Positions 26,400 through 32,000 of a stretch of DNA of 32,000 bases are shown in pieces. The stretch's first letter is position 1. Each line of letters starts with the position of its first letter. Position numbers and translations under genes: made by a program. Origin of the DNA: an uncultured archaeon (GTDB taxonomy: Archaea > Asgardarchaeota > Thorarchaeia > Thorarchaeales > Thorarchaeaceae); NCBI GenBank assembly GCA_964648855.1, contig CAZYLT010000007.1, forward strand, positions 1 through 32,000. The letters are read 5' to 3'. Below the pieces are notes generated by a model. It made no database searches, was not told the DNA's origin, and saw only the letters and a program-made list of their open reading frames with translations.

Positions 26400-28178
26400 T
26401 CAATCTCTACCTTCTTTATCTAGATAGGTTGGCTTGGGTACATCCCACCAACCATATACTGGAGATTCGCTCAATGGGTGTTCTCTATTCACATTAACCA
26501 CAACTACCGCAGGGCCATCCGCATCTAATGCTTTCTTCATAGAATCCTTGAAATCTTCAGGAGCAGAACATGCCTGTGCCCAGCAGCCATATGCCTTAGC
26601 AAGTGCGACGAAGTCGGGAGACTGCGCTTTTCCCATGCTTCTGGACCAGAACTCTGTTGCGAATCCTCTGTCCTCGCCATAAGCATCCAATTGAAGATCC
26701 CTAATGCTAATCCATCCCTGATTGTCAGCAATAACTATTCTGATTGGAATATTGTATTGAACAGCAACAGCTAGCTCTTGAGATGTCATTAGAAAGGAGC
26801 CATCTCCCTCCACAGAAACCACCGCCCGTTCTGGATATGCTAGTTTCACTCCCATGGCAGCTGGAACACCAAATCCCATTGTAGAGAATCCACCTGATGT
26901 TACGTGCGTTCCTGGTTCATAGATTGGAAACTCCTGAAACAGTGCCGCTTGGGTGTGCCCCGCACTGGTTACCACAAATGAATCTCGGGGAATGACCTCT
27001 CTCAGATTTGCTAGTAACTCAGAGATTGTCATAGGAGTATGGCCTCTATGTTTCTGCAGCTGTTCAAACCATTTCTTCTTCTCATTTTGAATCCTTGCAG
27101 CTATCTCCGATTCTTTGTAGTTCTTTTGTGGCATTTCTTCTTCTTTGATGATTTCCAACATTTGAGAGAGGGTTGTCTTTACATCCCCAAGAATCGGCAG
27201 AGCGACATCATAATTCTTACCGAGTTCATATGGCGAGATATCAACTTGGATGAATTTCGTCTTCTTATCATCGAATGAAACCCCCTGCCTATAGCTGCTC
27301 GTAGTTTCGTCTGCAAATCTGCAGCCGAGAGCCAGTATGACCTCTGCATTACTCGTCAATCGATTTCCGATAGGAGATCCTTTTGTACCTGGATAGAATC
27401 CAAAGAGGGGATGGTCTTCAGGAAATGCACCTTTTCCTGCCATTGTACACACGACGGGAACTGTTAGTGCTTCTGCTAGTTTCCGTAGCTCTTCGGTTGC
27501 CTCTGCATGAAGCACCCCGCCGCCCGCGACAATGACAGATTGATTAGCTTCGAGAATCATATCGATTGCTTGTCTGAGTTTCTCTGGATCTGCAAAAGGT
27601 CGGTATTCTCCCCTTACAAAAGGCTCGTCTGGGAATAGCGTAACCTCAATGCTCTCAGATTGCATATCCATGGGAAGATCAATATGAACAGGACCTGGTC
27701 GACCTGTAGCGGCAGCCTTGAATGCATTATGGAGGACCCATGGGATTTGCTCCAAGCTGGAGATTCTATAGGTCTTCTTAACTATGGGTTCTAGTATGGA
27801 AGCAAAGTCGTTCCAGTGTGATCTCTCGATCTCTTGGAGAACACCATGTCCTTGCCACCGTACATGAGTCGAGCCTGTTATCAATATCATTGAACTTGAA
27901 TCCACGTACGCCGTGGCGACCCCAATGACCGTGTTACAACCCCCAGGTCCAATACTGGTGAACACAACGAGAGGTTTCCCAGTGACCCGGAAATAGCCAT
28001 CTGCAAGATGTGCCGCACTCTGCTCATGCCTAACTTGAATGACTTCTATTCCATGCTCAAGAAACGCGTCAACAAGGCCCAGACATCCATGTCCTGGGAT
28101 TCCCACCGCATAGGGGACTTCTTGCATCTTCATATATTTCGCAATCATCTCTCCACCTGTCATCTCTCTGGATGTCAT
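26400..28178 (-). CDS. ThDP-dependent enzyme, acetolactate-synthase superfamily, IolD-like
   Basis: GIPGHG, HEQ, TSIGPG, GDGSF...DN ThDP motif and C-terminal WWDVP. The start is 28178 or 28193, adjoining the dehydratase stop. Confidence 0.85.
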   Translation of the reverse strand: MTSREMTGGEMIAKYMKMQEVPYAVGIPGHGCLGLVDAFLEHGIEVIQVRHEQSAAHLADGYFRVTGKPLVVFTSIGPGGCNTVIGVATAYVDSSSMILITGSTHVRWQGHGVLQEIERSHWNDFASILEPIVKKTYRISSLEQIPWVLHNAFKAAATGRPGPVHIDLPMDMQSESIEVTLFPDEPFVRGEYRPFADPEKLRQAIDMILEANQSVIVAGGGVLHAEATEELRKLAEALTVPVVCTMAGKGAFPEDHPLFGFYPGTKGSPIGNRLTSNAEVILALGCRFADETTSSYRQGVSFDDKKTKFIQVDISPYELGKNYDVALPILGDVKTTLSQMLEIIKEEEMPQKNYKESEIAARIQNEKKKWFEQLQKHRGHTPMTISELLANLREVIPRDSFVVTSAGHTQAALFQEFPIYEPGTHVTSGGFSTMGFGVPAAMGVKLAYPERAVVSVEGDGSFLMTSQELAVAVQYNIPIRIVIADNQGWISIRDLQLDAYGEDRGFATEFWSRSMGKAQSPDFVALAKAYGCWAQACSAPEDFKDSMKKALDADGPAVVVVNVNREHPLSESPVYGWWDVPKPTYLDKEGRD

Positions 28179-28179
28179 T

Positions 28180-29859
28180 TCATTCACTTTCATCCTTGAA
28201 CGCGGCTCCTTCATCAGCAGAAGATACAAGCCTACGGTACCTATGTAGTATGCCCCGCCTGTAACTAATCTCTTGTGGTCTTGGGTCAAAATCGGACAAT
28301 CGAAACTCCATCTCTTCTTCAGAAATTTCAAGGTCCAGTTTTCTCTCCGGAATTGAGTAAGAAATACTATCACCATCCTTCACAACTCCGATCGGTCCTC
28401 CAGCGGCTGCCTCTGGTGCAACATGTCCTATTGCCGCACCACGCGAACTGCCAGAGAATCTTCCGTCAGTTACGAGTGCAATCTCTTCACCAAGTCCCGA
28501 GATAAGAGACGCTATGGAATGCTGCTCACGCATTCCCGGACCACCCTTCGGGCCCTCGTATCTAACCACCATAATGGACCCACTTGCAATATCTTTTTCC
28601 CAGAGCGTGTCGAGAGCCTCTTCAAGGCTATCAAAGACTCTGGCGGGCCCAGCAAATTCCACCATGCTGCTGGGAACCGCTGCCTGCTTAATCACGGCTC
28701 CTTTTGGTGCCAATGTTCCTGAGAGTACTACAATACCTCCCTGTGTCTTCACGGGATTCTTAACGGTGTGAATGATTGAATGCTTTTCTGCAGGAAAATG
28801 AAACTCTGAGAGATTCTGTTCTAATGTCTTTCCAGCGACAGTGATTTCATCCGTATGAAGTAGATTTCCTTTCGCGAGCTCTCTCATGACTGCAGGAATC
28901 CCACCGGCGAGATCCAATTTCCACACCGAGTCCTGGCCAGAGGGCTTGAGGGCACAGAGCTGAGGAACCCTCTCTGTTAGCTTATTGAAGACGCTAAGGT
29001 CAAAGTTTTTTATTTCGAGTTCTTGTGCGATGGCCATCATATGGAGAACAGAATTCAGACTCCCTCCCAATGAGAGGTCAACAGTGACTGCATTCTGTAA
29101 CGCTTTTTCAGTCATGATTTTTCTGGGAGTGGTCTTGTTGTTAAGCAGCTCAATTACCATCTGCCCGCTACTTCTTGCAAGACGCTGCTTTTCTGCCATA
29201 AGGGCATGAGCAGTAGCACATCCTGGCAGTGACATCCCTACCGCCTCAGTGACGGCAGCCATGGTGTTTGCAGTTGCCATCATACTGCACGAGCCTGCTG
29301 ATGGACAAGCTATACTCTCGATCTGCAGCAATTCCTCTTTGCTTAATTCTCCCGCCCGAACTCTTCCAATGTATTCCCTCATCTCAACTAGGCTCAATTC
29401 TCTACCGCAATAGTTGCCGGGAAACATAGGGCCTCCCGTTAATATGATGCTGGGTATGTTTAACCGAGCAGCGGCCATAAGACTAGCTGGTACTGTCTTG
29501 TCGCATGATGGAAGAAGAACCATGGCGTCAAAACCATGTGCTCGTATCATTATCTCGATAGTTTCAACTGCTAAATCTCGACTGGGCAATGAATACTTCA
29601 TGCCTTCTGTTCCCTGAGCGATGCCGTCACAGACTGCGATGGTGTTGAACTCAAACGGTTGACCACCTCCCAAGAATACGCCTTCTTTCACAGTATTTGC
29701 AAGTTCTCTGAGGTGTACATGTCCCGGCACGACCTCTGTGAAGAAATTCACTACTGCGACCCAGGGCCTCTCAATATCCTCCAGTCGGAGTCCAGTTGAT
29801 TTCAAGAGTGATCTTGCTGCAGAACGCTGAATTCCATCCTTCATCTCTTTGCTATTCAT
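28180..29859 (-). CDS. ilvD: IlvD/Edd-family dihydroxy-acid or sugar-acid dehydratase
   Basis: PGHVHL, CDG, CDK, GSC.MMATANTM, YEGPKGGPGM, TDGRFSG and GHVAPEA. Start placed at MNSKEM. Confidence 0.88.
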   Translation of the reverse strand: MNSKEMKDGIQRSAARSLLKSTGLRLEDIERPWVAVVNFFTEVVPGHVHLRELANTVKEGVFLGGGQPFEFNTIAVCDGIAQGTEGMKYSLPSRDLAVETIEIMIRAHGFDAMVLLPSCDKTVPASLMAAARLNIPSIILTGGPMFPGNYCGRELSLVEMREYIGRVRAGELSKEELLQIESIACPSAGSCSMMATANTMAAVTEAVGMSLPGCATAHALMAEKQRLARSSGQMVIELLNNKTTPRKIMTEKALQNAVTVDLSLGGSLNSVLHMMAIAQELEIKNFDLSVFNKLTERVPQLCALKPSGQDSVWKLDLAGGIPAVMRELAKGNLLHTDEITVAGKTLEQNLSEFHFPAEKHSIIHTVKNPVKTQGGIVVLSGTLAPKGAVIKQAAVPSSMVEFAGPARVFDSLEEALDTLWEKDIASGSIMVVRYEGPKGGPGMREQHSIASLISGLGEEIALVTDGRFSGSSRGAAIGHVAPEAAAGGPIGVVKDGDSISYSIPERKLDLEISEEEMEFRLSDFDPRPQEISYRRGILHRYRRLVSSADEGAAFKDESE

Positions 29860-29939
29860 GAAAACCGCCATGCATACCAAGAAGATAAGTACCATAATAC
29901 ATTTCCGTGGCATGACGCTATCAAATGGCTGTGAAACCA

Positions 29940-31031
29940 ATGAATGAACAAGTCAACTTCGCAATAGTGGGGTGCGGGCGAATATCAGATCTCCACGCTC
30001 ATGGCTACAAAATGAGTGAGAAGGCGAATTTGATTGCCATTTGTGATTTGGACAAGGACCGTCTTGCCCACAAGTCAGCGAAGTGGGGCATTGACTCCGA
30101 CATGTTATTCACAGATATAGATGAGCTCTTGAGGCTTGACAATCTTCATGCCGTTGATATTTTGCTCCCTCACGACCTTCATGAAAAAGTGACGAGGAAG
30201 GCAGCTGAGGCCAAAAAGGATGTTTCTGTACAAAAGCCTATGGCACTTGAATTCCGACAATGCCAGAACATGATAGATATCTGCCACGATAATGAGGTCA
30301 AATTGCGGGTCTTTGAGAATTTCCGGTTCTATCCGCCCTATATCAAAGCGAAGGAGATTATCGAATCCGGGGAAATAGGCCGTCCATCATTTATTCATAT
30401 AAAGCTGGGAGCTAGCCTTGGAGGCGGCTGGGAGGTGCCACTCGATGCTTGGATGTGGCGATTCGACCAAGATCGGTGTGGCGGCGGTCCACTTGTATGG
30501 GATGACGGTTACCACAAGTTTTCGATAGCTGAGTTTCTGCTGGGCGATGTTCAGAAGGTGAAAGCCTGGATCGATGAAACTGGTGTGTATGACGATGACC
30601 AGGAAGCTCCAATTGTTGTTGATAGCCCTGCGGCTGTGATGTGGAAATACAAGCGTCCGCGAACATACGGTACAATGGATGTCACATGGAGCAGAGAAGG
30701 TGAATTTCCTTCGGACTTCTATCCCGCAGATGAGCGGGTCGAGATTACGGGCGATAAAGGCTACATCTGGGTGAATCAATGCACAGCAAAGTCTCTGAGA
30801 AAGGATTCTCCCGTTGTCACCTTTATTGAAGGCAAACTAAGGGAATTTGATGAGATTGACTCGGGTTGGCAATCATCTTTTGATGCAGCAGTTGATCACT
30901 TCGCTGATTGTATCTTGAACGACACAGAGCCAATCCTCTCTGGTCAGAAGGGACTTGAAATCCAGAAGTTCGCCACCGCTGCACACCTTTCAGCAGAGAA
31001 AGGTACTGAGATCAGCTTGGACGATATTTAG
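29940..31031 (+). CDS. Gfo/Idh/MocA-family NAD(P)-dependent oxidoreductase
   Basis: GCGRIS Rossmann motif, PHDLH, QKP (an EKP variant), ENFRF and D-x3-H (DDGYH). Confidence 0.92.
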   Translation: MNEQVNFAIVGCGRISDLHAHGYKMSEKANLIAICDLDKDRLAHKSAKWGIDSDMLFTDIDELLRLDNLHAVDILLPHDLHEKVTRKAAEAKKDVSVQKPMALEFRQCQNMIDICHDNEVKLRVFENFRFYPPYIKAKEIIESGEIGRPSFIHIKLGASLGGGWEVPLDAWMWRFDQDRCGGGPLVWDDGYHKFSIAEFLLGDVQKVKAWIDETGVYDDDQEAPIVVDSPAAVMWKYKRPRTYGTMDVTWSREGEFPSDFYPADERVEITGDKGYIWVNQCTAKSLRKDSPVVTFIEGKLREFDEIDSGWQSSFDAAVDHFADCILNDTEPILSGQKGLEIQKFATAAHLSAEKGTEISLDDI

Positions 31032-32000
31032 TCTGGGTGTGTCGTCGCATAATCTGGTCAGTAGTTGCCTTCAGCCATTGTTCAACGTGTGAAAAGAAGG
31101 TCTGATAGCCATAGCAAAGGTGGCTCTTTGGGCGTCCGTCCTGTCCAATCCTATCTTTTGGGCATCCCCCCCTGCACAATCTTAGCCAATCACATTGGTG
31201 GCAATCCACTGGAAGGTCAGTCTTGAGCTGTTCAAAAGGCCCTCGTCTTTGCATAATGTCGGTCCAAGAATCAATCAGGACATTTCCCAATTTATCCTGA
31301 GAGTTCACGAAAAAATCACAAGGATAGACATCGCCATTCCATTCCACAACCAGATAAGGCGGGCAATGCTGGGAAATGCTGCATAATGAGCAATTCTGGT
31401 AGCCTAGTGCATTCTCAACAACTGCATCAAAGAACCTAATGGCTACGGTACCCATATCACCGTTCTGTAGCCATATGTCAAACAAATCACAAAGGAATCG
31501 CCCGTATTTGTCAGGACTCAGAGTATGGGGGCACAGAGTGCCATCTTTATGGAAATCCACAGCGGGGATAAACTGCAGATGGGCGAAGTCATTCTCTCTT
31601 AGGAAGGTGTATATTTCTGCCGCCTTGTCCGCATTGTCTTTATGAACAACCGTTAGGACATTTATGGGAACCTCGTACTGTTTGAGCGTTTCTGCCGCTC
31701 TCATCGCTTTGATCCAAGTCCCTTGTCCTCTCGCTCCATCATGGATGTGCTTTGGGCCGTCCAAGCTTAGACCCACCAAGAAGAGGTTCTGTGCCAGAAA
31801 ATGTGCCCATTCTTGGTCTATCAGGGCACCATTCGTCTGAAGTGCGTTTCCAATGGTTTTTCCTCTCCCCGCGAAGGTCTGTTGGTATGTTATCGCAGAC
31901 CGAAAGAAGTCGATTCCTGCCAGTGTGGGCTCTCCACCTTGCCACGTGATGATGCTCTCTTCGAAACCGAGCGATAGAAATGATTCCAATATCTTTTTCA
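31012..32000 (-). CDS. anaerobic sulfatase-maturating enzyme (radical SAM/SPASM), 5'-truncated by the window
   Basis: WQGGEPTL, QTNG, SLDGP...HD..R, QFIP, C-x5-C, GDVYPCDF and CxxC-x5-CxGGCP. The frame stays open to the window edge. Confidence 0.9.
   Translation of the reverse strand, partial: KKILESFLSLGFEESIITWQGGEPTLAGIDFFRSAITYQQTFAGRGKTIGNALQTNGALIDQEWAHFLAQNLFLVGLSLDGPKHIHDGARGQGTWIKAMRAAETLKQYEVPINVLTVVHKDNADKAAEIYTFLRENDFAHLQFIPAVDFHKDGTLCPHTLSPDKYGRFLCDLFDIWLQNGDMGTVAIRFFDAVVENALGYQNCSLCSISQHCPPYLVVEWNGDVYPCDFFVNSQDKLGNVLIDSWTDIMQRRGPFEQLKTDLPVDCHQCDWLRLCRGGCPKDRIGQDGRPKSHLCYGYQTFFSHVEQWLKATTDQIMRRHTQTKYRPS

Noticed and set aside
28179-28376. Long overlap of the ThDP enzyme with the dehydratase gene (likewise the 5' extensions of the ligase and the dehydratase)
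   Set aside because: Downstream ATGs coincide with the start of family homology and remove the overlaps.
26400-29859. Ordinary ilvD-ilvB biosynthetic operon
   Set aside because: Not fully excluded, but there is no ilvN, ilvC or leu gene, the ThDP enzyme has IolD-like motifs, and the neighbours are catabolic.
1-32000. CRISPR array, tRNA, rRNA or long tandem repeats
   Set aside because: No regularly spaced repeats or recognisable RNA gene signatures were seen by eye. Small or divergent ncRNAs cannot be excluded without Infernal.

Overview
This is a gene-dense archaeal window, based on an archaeal proteasome alpha subunit, BRE/TATA promoters and ATGA-coupled operons. The gene mix suggests an Asgard archaeon such as Thorarchaeota, which is inference only. 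It holds about 28 intact CDS plus several decayed gene remnants. I recognised no rRNA, tRNA or CRISPR array. Highlights: (1) a coupled tusA-iscS-iscU operon in which IscS has Asp instead of the PLP Schiff-base Lys and IscU is fused to a degenerate thioredoxin-reductase-type Rossmann domain; (2) a cytoplasmic reductive-dehalogenase-like protein carrying an N-terminal 8-Cys domain with ABCE1/Rli1 spacing, followed by a PAS-PAS histidine kinase; (3) an uncalled 54-aa, 10-Cys desulforedoxin-like protein; (4) a bacterial-type PLP arginine decarboxylase coupled to larE; (5) a probable carbohydrate or cyclitol catabolic cluster (GPH transporter, IolD-like ThDP enzyme, IlvD/Edd dehydratase, Gfo/Idh/MocA oxidoreductase, sulfatase maturase). 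All family calls are motif recognition by eye; no searches were run.
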